DNA from: Salpingoeca rosetta
Lineage: Eukaryota; Protista; Choanoflagellata
Direction of reading: 5' to 3'
Assembly (NCBI GenBank): GCA_033442325.1
Contig: JAWQFM010000035.1
Coordinates: 656,421-720,420 of the forward strand
DNA: 64,000 nt
The notes below the pieces were generated by a model. The model was not told the origin of the DNA and searched no databases. It saw nothing but the letters and a program-made list of their open reading frames with translations. The position numbers were made by a program, and so were the translations under genes. This document shows, piece by piece, positions 48,360 to 62,062 of this stretch. Numbering within the stretch: the stretch's first letter is position 1; each line of letters begins with the position of its first letter.

Positions 48360-48953
48360 TGTGTGAGTGTTTGTGGTGTGTTTGAGTTGAGCGAGATGCT
48401 GTTGTGAGCTGCGTGTGCAAAAAACTCCAACATCACCGCCAACACCACCACCACCACCATCGCCGTCATGGCTATCCTGCTCACTTCTCCCTACTGCGCT
48501 GCTCTGTTGTCACGAACAGGCGGATCGCACATTGATCTTCACGGGTCGGATAGGGCACGCTGACTTTATCAACGGCAGCTTCCAGCTCCAGGATGAGGTT
48601 GGTGTGTTGTGTGTGCTGTGTGTGTATGTGTGTGTACCTGTGTATGTGTACCTGTGTATGTTGTGTGTGTACCTGTGTGTGTTGTGTGTGTACCTGTGTT
48701 TAGCAGTCACTCCCGCAACACCTACGTACCTGTCTACGCCCTCAACCCTTGGTATGTCGTGTGTTTCGCAGACGGTGAATGGGAAGCCCGTGTACTTGTC
48801 AGACCACGAGATCCCCGATGGTTATGATGACGCGTCTGGCTGCAAGCTCTACCTCTACTTTCACGAGGGTGAGGCCGATGTGTGTGCTGAATGTGTGTGT
48901 ATGTGTTTTGTGGGTATGTCTGTGTGTGTGTGCGTGTGTGTGTTTTGTGGGTA

Positions 48954-49003
<50 letters not shown>

Positions 49004-49509
49004 ATAACAACTACATGTACCACCAGGCACTACAAGTGTTGATAATAGGGATACAAGGACGCAGGGGCCGGCCACGCTCCAGTTGTTTACCTTGTCCCTG
49101 TGTATGTAGTTGATCTGCTATTATACATAATTGGGGCAAGGCGGATATGATTTTCGTCAATGCGCGGACAATAGTCTGATGTATTTTTTTTTTTTTTTTT
49201 TGTGTTTTTCTATCTTATGGTGGCAGGGGCACCAGCGATTCTGTCCAGCACAGTGGGACACCCGGTTATGTAGCTTGACTAGATGGCAGGATACGGACGT
49301 ACTGGGCAGGATCAGTGTTAGTTGACAATGTTTGCCAGCTACGCCAATTTTCGTTGATGTCCGATTCACTTGACTGCACATCGGACAACTAGAGTAGAAT
49401 TTCAACGCCTCAATGACTCGGCAGTTGCAGCTCGTCTCGACACCTTGAGTGAATTTGCTGTGTTTGTTGGTGTGTCTGTGTGTGTGTCGTGTGTGTGTTT
49501 GTTGGTGTG

Positions 49510-49552
<43 letters not shown>

Positions 49553-50367
49553 GCAGTGTGTGCATGTGTGTGTGTGTGAGTGCTATAATTACCCGTCTAC
49601 CATGCACCTTCGTGAACAGTGTTGTCTGCCTGCCTCGCATGTGCTAGCGTGAACGTGTTCATGCGTGCCTGCCCAATGTGCGCCACTGCTGACTTCACTT
49701 GCTGCAACTCGTCATGCCTGGCAGAGAACGACGCGTGGGTGGTGAGCCATGTGCTGAACTCGCTGGACGTGATTGCCTTCGCTCCGTCACGCATCACCAG
49801 CATCTGGCACGTGGCCACGGGCAAAGGCCCCTTTGTCCCCGACCCAACTGTCAAGCTCATTGCCGGTGCGTGCGTGCGTGTGTGTGGTGGTGTGTTGTGG
49901 TGTGGTGTGTTGTGGTGTGGTGTGGTGTGGTGTGGTGTGGTGTGGTGTGGTGTGTTGTGTTGTGTTGTGTTGTGGTGTGTTGTGTCGTGTGTGTCGTGTG
50001 TGTTGTGTGTGTTGTGTGTTGTTGTGTTGTTTCTTGTGCATTCACACCTGCATTGGCGACGTTCTGTGCATTCCATCGTCAACACCACGCACCCCCCCCC
50101 CCATAATCGCCGCTCACTTCATCCCATTTGTGCACGCATGCCACCGCAGCGTCGACGGGCAAGGTTCTGACGCGTCTTGGCGCGTGGACGGTGGAGCCAT
50201 CGGGGGAGGTGGCACTCAAGATCGAACACCCTCCAGGTACACCGACCACGACGATGGTGCTGTTGGTGATTGTTTGGATGGTGGTTGTTGTGGTGGGGGT
50301 GGTGGTTAGGGGGATGGTAAGAATGTGTAATGGCGCGGAAGGCTGCCGTACACGTGTCTATCGCGTT

Positions 50368-50412
<45 letters not shown>

Positions 50413-51145
50413 CATATATGTCTCACACCAACACCACGCCACTGCACGGTCAGAGCCCGGGAGCGAGCGGCCAATGACGATTGTTGAGCTGTTGCGACTG
50501 GCAGCGGACCGGTTCTCCGATCAGCACGCGCTTGCATCCATCAAACCAGACGGCACATGGGCGGTGGGTTGCCGCAGTCGTCGACTCGTGCTGGTGGTGG
50601 TGATGGTGGTGGTGGTGGTGGTGGTGGTGGTGGTGTGTGTGTGTGTGTGTGTGTGTGCATGTGTGCGTGTGCGTGTGTGCATGTGTGCATGTGCTTGTTG
50701 AGGAAAAAAGTTACACGTGTTACGGTCATGACTGTAGCGCCGTCATGCTTCCCCTCCTTCTCTCACTTGCACGGTTGAATGCAACCATCACCACCGCCGT
50801 CAACCATCATCCCCCATCATTGCCATCACAGTTCCGCACGTACCGGGAGCTGTTTGATGAGTGCGTGTATGTTGCGCGGGCGCTGGTGAAGTTGGGCCTT
50901 CGCAAGCACCACACCGTCCTCATCTACGGAACAAACGCTGCTGAGTGGACCATCACCGCTATTGGTGCGTGCGCGTGTGCGCGCGCGCGTGTGCGTTGGG
51001 GGGGGGGGCGTGGTTTTTCATGCTCTTTCTTGTGAAAGCTCCTTCTTTGTGTTTTTTTCTGACCCTTCATGCATGGCTTGTGCATGTGCGTGTGTGCAAG
51101 TGCCATCGTGTCTCCCTGCTCCCACACACGGGTCCTCCCCACGTC

Positions 51146-51235
<90 letters not shown>

Positions 51236-51710
51236 CGCACGCACGCACGCACGCACGCACACACACACGCACGCACGCACACACACAACACACACACACA
51301 CACAACNNNNNNNNNNNNNNNNNNNNNNNNNNNNNNNNNNNNNNNNNNNNNNNNNNNNNNNNNNNNNNNNNNNNNNNNNNNNNNNNNNNNNNNNNNNNNN
51401 NNNNNNNNNNNNNNNNNNNNNNNNNNNNNNNNNNNNNNNNNNNNNNNNNNNNNNNNNNNNNNNNNNNNNNNNNNNNNNNNNNNNNNNNNNNNNNNNNNNN
51501 NNNNNNNNNNNNNNNNNNNNNNNNNNNNNNNNNNNNNNNNNNNNNNNNNNNNNNNNNNNNNNNNNNNNNNNNNNNNNNNNNNNNNNNNNNNNNNNNNNNN
51601 NNNNNNNNNNNNNNNNNNNNNNNNNNNNNNNNNNNNNNNNNNNNNNNNNNNNNNNNNNNNNNNNNNNNNNNNNNNNNNNNNNGTGTGTGTGTGTGTGTAG
51701 TGTGTGTAGT

Positions 51711-51749
<39 letters not shown>

Positions 51750-53260
51750 TGTGTGTGTGTGTGTGTGTGCGTGTGTGATGGTGGCAGGAGTGAGAGTGGT
51801 GGATACTGGTAATCGCTGAAATGACGCTGTAATATCGAGCGTTGTTGAAATGTGATGCTTTGCCCTCCCTCCTCTCCCCGAGCTGTTGAATGGTGCGAAG
51901 TGGAGGTTCAACAGTGCTGACTTCGTTCGTACTGCATGCGTGCGTGTGTGCGTGTGCGGATGCTTTTTTGATCCAGGGCGTCATGCTGAGTCACGACAAC
52001 ATCACGTGGACCGCGCGCACCCTGGCACAGGTAAGCAGCACCGCCGCATGCGTTCGCACACAGCTACACATTTATGCACATGCCCCACCTCAAAGTACGC
52101 ACAAGCACACTTCACACGGACATACAGACAGACAGACACACACGCACAGACACACAGACACACAGACAGACACACACACACACACACACGCACACGCACA
52201 CACACGCACACACACACACACACACGCACACACACTGAATACACACACACACACACCACCACGGGCGTGAAGGCGCTTGGGGCGGAGCCGGCGCAGGACC
52301 GGCTTGTGTCGTATCTTCCGCTGGCGAACATGGCGGCGCAGATGATGCACGTGTGGATGCCAATTGCAGCCGTCGCCACCGTCTACTTTGGCAAGCCGGA
52401 CCCCTTTGAAAAGGTGCATACATATGCACATGCACATACGCACATGCACACATGTACACGTGCTCACGTGTACTTGTTTGTGTGGGTGGTTTCACATGTA
52501 TGCGTTTGTGCTTGTGTTGGTCACCTTATGTGTTTGCTTGTACATCTTCATGTATGTACCTCATACACACCCATGCTTCCTCTCTAACTCACACATGCAT
52601 ACACATGCACACACATGCATACACATACACACATATACACACATATATCCCACTCATGTGACACCCCCCCCCCCACACACACACACACCACCCCCTTCCA
52701 AGCTTGACTTCATGTCGACGCTGCGGGCTGCTAATCCGACGCTGTTTGTTGGCATTCCCTGGGTCTGGCGCCGCCTGTACGAGCACGGCAACGAGACAAA
52801 ACGCCTCTCTGCCTGGGTGCGAACGCAGTGTACGCCCTTGCGCTTTGATGTGTGGCTGTGATATATGGGGCTGGTGTGCTGCGTGTGGGTTGGTGGTTGC
52901 GTTACTGTGGTTTGTGTGTGCCTGCATGAACACATTGAGTGGTACGTTCAACATGTGATGTGCGCTCGTACAAGCTTCATTTCCGCATCCCCTCACACGA
53001 CCTCTCACCCTTCCTCCTCCCTGCTGCGCTTACTCAAACGCCTCGTTCATGAACACCACCGCCGCCACTGCCACGTGTGCGCGTGCGTGCCCACGTGTCA
53101 GGCTGCGCGCAAAGGGATGAAGGGGAGCATTCGTCTGCAGCGCGGGGAGGGGGTCAACTGGAAGTTCAAATACGCAAACAAGAACACCTTCTCCAAGATC
53201 AAGAAGGCCATTGGTACGAGTCTGCCAGTACGCACGACATCGTCACTGACGCTCGTGTGT

Positions 53261-53315
<55 letters not shown>

Positions 53316-54403
53316 GTGTGTGTGTGTGTCCGTGCGTGCTACATGGTGTCGACTGAAGATGAACATTTATGTTTGACTCACACCGCTCCTGTTTCACTGC
53401 CCCCCCCCCCCTTGTTACCACAATCATGCACCCCTGTGTCCAGGCCTCGACGAGTGCCGACTGGCGATGTGCATCGACTCCAACCTGAGCCCGGCCATGG
53501 CCGAGTACTTCCTTGCCATCAACCTCCCTGTCTTTGAGTCGTACGGGTGCGCGGAGTGTGCTGGTGTGCACACCATCTCAATCCCGGGCCAATCCCGCCC
53601 CGCTTCTGCAGGCAAGCAGCTGCCAGGCACACAGGTAATGCACGCTCTGTGTGTGTGTGCGTGCGTGTGTGTGTCTGTGTGTGTGTGTGTGTATTTCTGT
53701 GTCTGCCTGTACGTGCGTGTGTGTGTGTGTGTACATGTGCGTGCGTGCGTGTGTTTTGAAACGAAGTAGTCCCACACCTCGTATTCGCTTCCTCTTACCC
53801 CGTCTCCTCAACACGATCTGCTGCCACCACCACATCACTGCAGGTGCGCATGACGCACGGCTCGCACGAGATTCTGATGTACGGGCGGCATGTGATGATG
53901 GGCTATCTGTTTGATCCGGACGCGACGTCTGATGCCATTGACGAGCGCGGCTGGCTCCACACCGGCGACATTGGCCAGGTGCCGACTGCACTGGGGGAAG
54001 AGGTGGAGAGGGGGAGGGGCGACTGAGTGGAGGGGGAGGGGTGTTGGTAGCAAGTGTCTGCGTGCGTATGTGTGTGAGTGTGTGCGTATGTGCGTTTGTG
54101 TGTGTGTGTGTGTGTGTGTGTACATGTATGTGTGTATGTGTGCGTGTGTGTATGTGCATACGCATGTGCTGGCAAGCATCTGCGATTGCATCAGCATTCA
54201 ACCATCTCACCACTCACCAATTCCGCCATCACCGCCACCACCTCTGCAGGCTGACCGGAGCGGGTTCCTGTATGTGACAGGACGTCAGCCGGACCTGCTG
54301 CTCACTGCTGGCGGCGCGTATGTTCCGCCCGTCCCCATCGAGACCGCGCTCAAGGTTCCTGCACACACGCACGACAATGATGATGATGATGATGATGATG
54401 ATG

Positions 54404-54479
<76 letters not shown>

Positions 54480-56205
54480 AAGTGTACGTGTCTCCACGCT
54501 TGCATGTTGCTTCACATTCCTCTCACACACGCCCTGTTTACCCCCCCCCAATCCTATTCACACGTGTGCCGCGGTCCAGGCTGAGCTGCGTGGTCTGGTG
54601 AGCAACGCTGTGCTCGTCGGCGCAAAGAGGAAATCGCTCGGTGTTCTCCTCACTCTCAACGTACGTTCCTTGTACACGATGGTGACACTGAATTGCAGCT
54701 CATGTGTGTGTGTGTGTGTGCGGGCGCGTGTGAGTGATTTGTGTGTGTCTTGTTTTTCACACTCCTGCTCACTGCTGAACACAAGCGCCGCGACTCACAC
54801 CACCACCACACACCACCCCACACCACCCCACACCACCCCACACCACCGCATGCCACCATACACCACAACGCCAGACGCTGACTGACGACCACTACACGCC
54901 GACGGACGAGCTTGCACCGGACGCCGTGTCCGTTCTGCGCGAGATGGGCTGCACCGCCACCACGGCCTCGGCCTGTCTAAACGGGCCCCACACAGACCGC
55001 GTGATGCAATTTGTGCATACTGCCCTTGAAAACGTCAACGCGAAGGTGGTGAGCGAGGACCAGCGTGTGACGCGTTTTGAGTTCCTCCCACGCGGATTGA
55101 GTCAGGACACGCGTGAACTTGGGCCGACGTTTAAACTTCGCCGTCACTTTATCGCCATCAGGGTTGGTCGACGGGGAAGAAGGACAGAAGAGAGGCGAGG
55201 AGAGAAGGAGGCGGTTGCATGAATGCATGTATGATGTGTTTGTGTGTGTGTGTGTGGGAAAGTGTGCGTGCGTGTGTGTGTGTGTGTGTCTGCGTGTGAT
55301 TGTATTCGTTGTCTGGTTGTTTGTTTGTGTGTGTGTGTGTGTGTGCGTCATCAGTTGTATCTCTCGCTCTAACCACCCATCCTCCTGCTCCTTTCCTCTG
55401 TGTGCCATCGTTCGTGTGTCTGCACAGCACGCGAATGTGATTGACCGGATGTATGAGGGCGAGGAATTGGACGACTATGAGCAGCAGCCCTGGTACCACG
55501 GCCCAATCACCCGCGCCGACACCATCAACCTCCTCAAGGTGCGGGGAAGAGAATATGTGTTTTGTGTATGTATGTGTATGTGTGTGTGTATGTGTATGTG
55601 TGTGGGTGTGTGCATGCATCATCCTCGCATCATGTGTCTCTATTACCTCTCCCTGATGTACGTGAACATCCCACACCGACTCACATCTCGCAATACACAC
55701 ACATACACACATACACATACACACACACACATCGTATACCACGCCAGCGTGATGGCGGCGGGTATGACGGGTGGTTCCTGATTCGTCTCAGCACAAAGGA
55801 GAAGAACACGTTTGTCATCACCCTGTGCTTCAAGGGCAAACTCTATCACAACCAGGTACACACGCATGTGAATGCGTTGCTTTGGGACGTGGACAGCACC
55901 TTTGGTTTCGTTCAATCCGCTCGCATGCAAACGTTGAATATCCATGTTCAAGTTTCACGTCGTTCAAATTTCTCACCTCCTCACACTTCTCGCACCTCCA
56001 CTGCTTAACCGCCTCCCCCGGGGCAACCTTGTTACGATAACAGATCAAGTATGCGGATGGGGTGTACAGCACGCACAAGGACCAGGGCAACCACCAGTAC
56101 AACACGCTGCAGGAGCTGGTGAACCACCACCGCGAGGGGAAGAACGGCTTCCAGACGGTCCTCACTCGCCCGTGTGCTCGCCCCACCGCCTCCACTTCCG
56201 TCTGA
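48295..56205 (+). CDS. Bubblegum-family (ACSBG) long-chain acyl-CoA synthetase with an extra N-terminal domain and a C-terminal SH2 domain
   Basis: [31 protein letters not shown] (51978), [74 protein letters not shown]. Then [59 protein letters not shown] (SH2). Confidence 0.9.
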
Positions 56206-56436
56206 ACACACACGCGTCGGAAACTATGTGTGTGCGTGTGTGCGTGTGTGCGTGTGTGCGTGTGTGCGTGTGTGCGTGTGCGTGTGTGCGCGTGTGTGTA
56301 TGTGCGTGCGTGCGTGCGTGTGTGTGCGTGTGTGTGCGTGTGTGTGTGTGCGTGTGTGTGTGTGTGTGTGTGTGCGTGCGTGTGTATGTGTGCAGAGTCA
56401 TGTCTCCTTGCGCATAATGGCAAGTGTTTGCTTGCG

Positions 56437-56470
<34 letters not shown>

Positions 56471-56907
56471 GAACTGCACAATTTTTTGTTGTTCTGGAGC
56501 CACTGTTCCTTCCCGTCCTGATTCTGTTTCAGACACTTCCCCCGCCCTCCTTGCCTTCTTGCCTCTTCTTCCTCTCTGCTGTTGTTTCGTACCCGTGGCA
56601 CTGCATGTGTGGGGTGTGACGTGCCAACTTGGCGTTCTGCTGCGGCAGTCGACGTCGGTGTCCGTGCAATTTGGCAGTTGTTCACGTCGCCTATCCGTGT
56701 TGCACATTCCCTTCTCCTTCTTCCCCCTTGTTTCCTCTTCTTTGACCCTTCTTCCCGGTTTGCTCCCGTCTCTCTTTGTCACCTTCACTTCCCTTCTGCT
56801 GCTCTTCTTCCCTCATCTCTCGTGCATGACCCCTCTCGCCCCTTACCGTGCCTCTGTCCTCATCGTTGTGGCAGTACACAGCAAACGACACAAATGACAG
56901 ACCGCGA

Positions 56908-56989
<82 letters not shown>

Positions 56990-57377
56990 GTTGTCGGCGC
57001 ATATGTGGGCAAGGGTGTGGATGGCACAGTGATGTTTACATTGACAGTGTAACACAGCACAAAGACAACAACATTGCCAGTGTCACCCAGGTACAACGAC
57101 AGCAATCGACGGGGTTGGCAGAGAACGAGCACAAGTGCCATGAACGACAACGGCAGCACGTCAAGGACAAATTAAGCGTAACGTAAACAGGAAGCAGAAA
57201 CCACTCGTGCTGTTGTGCGCAGCGAGCGTTGGGAAAGTGAGGTGTGGCAGCACTGCATTACTGAAGCTCATGCGTTTGTGCACGTACACACATACACAGG
57301 CAAGCGCTCCGCGACACAACAGCAGCAACAACAGAGGTAACGTCGTTGGCGGTTGTGCGGTTGTGTGTCGGGTGTTC

Positions 57378-57693
57378 TCACACCTTGTAGAAATGGCGGC
57401 AGAACAGCATCGTCGCCGTCACAGCAACGACGGTGAGGGCAAAGTGGGAGTCGGACACGCGGACGGGCCCTTTGGTCTCTGTGATGGGGGCGCGCTCCCT
57501 CGTCACCGCAAACCTGATCATCTGCGTCGAGCCAGATGCACGCGTGCGCCTGGGCTTGGTGGCGGACTTGGCTGCCTGTGCAGGTTTCTCCTTGCGCTGT
57601 GTGGGCGGTGTTGGATGCCGGGCAGCAACTTTTGCGTAGGACACTACCAGCAGGCGCATGGGGAGGCAAGCAGCAAAGGGAGCAGGTGCAGAT

Positions 57694-57727
<34 letters not shown>

Positions 57728-58133
57728 GGTCTTTGAAGAGAGTGGGAAAGGCATGAAGCACAACGATCATGCAGCTCTGAGCACAAACACAAACACAACA
57801 AACAGACACAACAAGCAAACACACCGCAGTTCCTCAACGTAAGCATAACGCTGCACAAATACACACATGTATGTCTACCTTTGGCTGTGTTGCCGTTGCC
57901 ATTCTGTGGCGCCACTGTTGCTGTACCTTCCTGCGTCTTTGGCTTCTTGGCTGCTGGAGGCTCCTTAGCCGCGTCCTGCTTTGTCATATTTTTGTTGCTG
58001 CTCTTTGTGCCATTGGGCCCGCGTCCCGCTGGCTGTGGTTTGCCGCCGTCTGGCTGGTGCAGGCCCTCAATGTAGCGCTCCAGCTCATCAAAAACAATTC
58101 GGCCATCCTACAAAATGTGTGTGTATGTAGGTA

Positions 58134-58165
<32 letters not shown>

Positions 58166-58175
58166 TGTGTGTGTT

Positions 58176-58259
<84 letters not shown>

Positions 58260-58639
58260 GTATGCGTGTTGTGTGTGTTGGTGGCAGGCAGTGCATTTGC
58301 GGCAATTCGTTTGGGACATGCGTGTGGGTGAACACTTCCAAGAAGAGCGAGGCATTGCAGGTGAACATTGTGTTATTGTGCGTGCATGCAAGCAATGTCA
58401 AAGTTAATAAACATGTCCCTCGTACGTGATCGGCATCGAGCTCGTTCCAGAACGTCTTCCAATGGAAGTTCTCGCCATAATGGAGCAGCTTCTGCAGGCC
58501 CGCGTCCTGGAATGCAGCAGGTGCGCCGGCCAATGGGGGTGAATGCAGGTGAGGGGAGTGGTGGTGGTGGTGGTGAGCTACAGTACAGTAACGTGGCGAT
58601 AACGCACGACAACATTGCACGACGAAAGGAAGACGACAC

Positions 58640-58675
<36 letters not shown>

Positions 58676-58833
58676 AACCACATCACATCATCACTGCATT
58701 GCTGGCAACGAAAGCATACCTTGTGCACGAGCTTCTTCAGCTCGTTCTTGCTGAGCCAGCCGTTGCCATCTGCGTCTGCTGCAACCAGGATCTCCCTGGC
58801 CTTGGCCGCGGCCTGCTTGTGGTCCATCGTCAT
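57378..58833 (-). CDS. Two-EF-hand protein with K/P/A-rich linker and C-terminal hydrophobic tail
   Basis: Four exons. EF loops DADGNGWLSKNE and DADH/DGRIVFDE. Ends HFALTVVAVTATMLFCRHFYKV*. Confidence 0.78.
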
Positions 58834-59072
58834 CGTGAGGAGGGAGAGGAGGTTGTGGGCGCTGTGCGGTCTGCTTCTCGAGTCGTCTGCTGGTTGGATG
58901 GTGTGCAACTGCAAGCAAGCAAGAGCACAAAAAAAAAATTGCTGCTACTCGGCGTCCGCGACACCATTAACAGTAGCGGATACAAGGGAGTGTGGTGGAA
59001 CAGAACTCACACACAAGCAAGTCAAGCACACACACGAGCAAGCACACACACGCACACACACACTGTGTCACG

Positions 59073-59578
59073 ATGTCGTCGTGCTTCCAGTGCAAGTCGC
59101 TGTCTGCCCGGCGTGTAGATCGCGTGTTCCCGCGCGATGACACCAACGTGCCAAGACGAGGTGAGGTGCAAGGAATGTGAGAGATGGGGGGGATTGGGGG
59201 AATATGTGGGTGGATGGAAAGTTGGGTGCGCTCATGGCGTGCGTCCATCAACGCCATCAACAGCAGACACGATCACGAACCGGCTGTTGCTTGTCATATC
59301 ACGTTCCTCTCTATCATGTTGTCTTCTCTCATCTCAGTACTGCACACTCTTCACCACTGCGTCGTTCACGCACGAATTCCACGTTGCAGATGCGCTGCAA
59401 CACTTGTCATGGTACTGCCTGTCGCATGCGCGGAAGCTGCCGAAGATCTCGCGCTACCTGGCCAGACGCATCAAGGCTGCAGAGGCCAGGGGACAGCACT
59501 CGTGAGTCTCCCTCGCTGTCGCGTACATTCCCTGTCTTCCTCCATTCGTGTTCGTGTGTGCGTGTGTGTGTGTGTGTG

Positions 59579-59627
<49 letters not shown>

Positions 59628-59997
59628 CGTATCTCGTTGACCGGTTGAACTCACAGCTCCTTTGTACTGATCTCGCCACGTGCTGTGTGCTTCCCTTTGT
59701 CTATGTGCAGGCGCGTGTCTGTTGGTTTGCAAATCTTTGATGAGCTGATACGCAAGTGCCACACCGAGGCACGGCTGTTCTTACAGCAATATCTCCTCGT
59801 CTTGCTGGACCTCCTCACCTCAGAGCATCCGTATCACGCCGTGGCCGTGGAATCGGTACGTGCTTTTCTTTGTGAAGGGCGATGAGGGGCCCGCTGTCAT
59901 GGATGCACCGTGTATGCCACCCGCACACACCTACCATGTCACCACATCTTCACACAAGCCCATAAACGTCACACCCCCACCCCCACACACATACACA

Positions 59998-60087
<90 letters not shown>

Positions 60088-60242
60088 ATCACCCACACAC
60101 ACACAACCGCAAACAAACACATTTTCCAGTTTGAGCGGTTTGCGGGCATTGATGCAGACACGCCCGTATATCGGCACATGTGCGCAGACTTCATCCGCGT
60201 CTTTAGTTCGCTCTGCTGGTGCACAGAGGCACCACAAGACAG

Positions 60243-60280
<38 letters not shown>

Positions 60281-61685
60281 GCGTGTGCGTGCATGGTACA
60301 GGAGAGGCACCACTTCTTGTCGTTGTGCCCTTCCTCCCTCCCACCCATTCCTCGCAGCCTCTCTGTCAGCACATCACACGCTCATCCCATCACACGCTCA
60401 TCCCATCACACGCTCATGCCATCACATCACGTTCCATCACATCACGTCACAATGTCCATGGCAACACCATCAGCGATGAAGCTGTGCGCATGTCAGGCCT
60501 GCGGGGGTTGGCGGCCATTGTCGAGAAGGTAGGGGCAGCCACACCCCTGTCTCCTGCTGTTGTGCCATGTGTGCTTCTCAAACCACGTCCTGCCACTATC
60601 ATTCCCTCTCTCCTCTCCTCTCCTTCTTGCTCTCATCTCCCCCACGCCCACCTCAACTTCGACCATTACCCCGTGCCCCCCCCCCATTTTCCTTGTAACT
60701 GCATTCACGTCAGGACCGGGACACGGCGAGCGAGTCTGCGCTGTATGACGAGTACAGTCTTGGACAGGTCATCCCAGCCCTCCTCTTCAACGTCACAAAG
60801 TGCGACAATGATGGTGGTGGCGGTGGTGGTGGTGGTGGTGGTGGTGGTGGTGGTGGTGGTGGTGGTGGTGGTAGATGGTGGTAATGACGGTTGCGGTAGT
60901 AGATGGTGGTGGTAGTCGATGGTGGCCGTGCACATGATCATATCAGCAGACACAATCATCATTTGTCTTTCATTTTCACCTCAGCACACGAACAATAACC
61001 CTCACACCACTCATGCCACCACGCCACCCATACCACCACCACCACCACCTTTACCACGAATGGCCAAAGGGGGGACCACCTGACCCCGGCGTCGCTGATC
61101 ATCCGGCGTCGCAGCGGGAGCGATATTGAGGGCGGCGACGAGCAGGAACTCCCGTCAGACCCGCCCCAGGTGCACCCGCAATGGTGGTGGTGGTGCTGGT
61201 GATGCTGCTGGTGATGGTGGTGGTGGTGGTGGCGATGATGATGCAGGGTACAGTGGGCATTTGACTGTTGTGGGGAAGAAACTGTACGCCGTGGCGTTAA
61301 ACTGTGAATGGAGATTAACATGTTTTGTATGTTCTGTCGCTGACACTCACGCGTCCGCCACACATGTTCGCAATGTTGTGCATCTGTGTGACCGCCCACA
61401 CCTCTCTCCCTTCTCTCTATCACCTCTTGGTCTCCTGCAGTTGGCATCGCGTGTTCTTCAGATCATCTGTGAGCACGCCACGCTCGCCACGGCAAAGGCC
61501 ATCTTGCGACCGCTATTCGGGTCAGTAGCATGCATGCACGCATGCACGCATGCACGCACAAACACACACGCGTCATGTACACTGGAGGATTACTTCTTTC
61601 ATGACACTCAACACATACACGCACCCTCACCTACATCAACACATCATTCACGTGCATGTATACACCAACAACCTTCACACATACG

Positions 61686-61753
<68 letters not shown>

Positions 61754-61983
61754 TACACGCACACACGCACGTTTGCACCGGACAGCTACCTTGCGGACTT
61801 TGGTCTGTGGGAGGAGCGAGAGGACGGCGTTGCCTCTTACGCAATCACACTCGTACTGTCGTCATTGGAGGGACAACTGGTCCACATTGTGTGCACGGAG
61901 CTTGTGCGCCACCTCAACTCGCGTGACACCCTCGGCCCGCTCGCCAAGCGAAGCATCATCAAGGTGCCATCCTGCTGCTGAAC

Positions 61984-62062
<79 letters not shown>

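Noticed and set aside
49398-49469. Possible in-phase cassette exon ([24 protein letters not shown]) in the ACSBG intron
   Set aside because: It would interrupt an otherwise continuous domain and lies at the edge of the insert. No supporting evidence.
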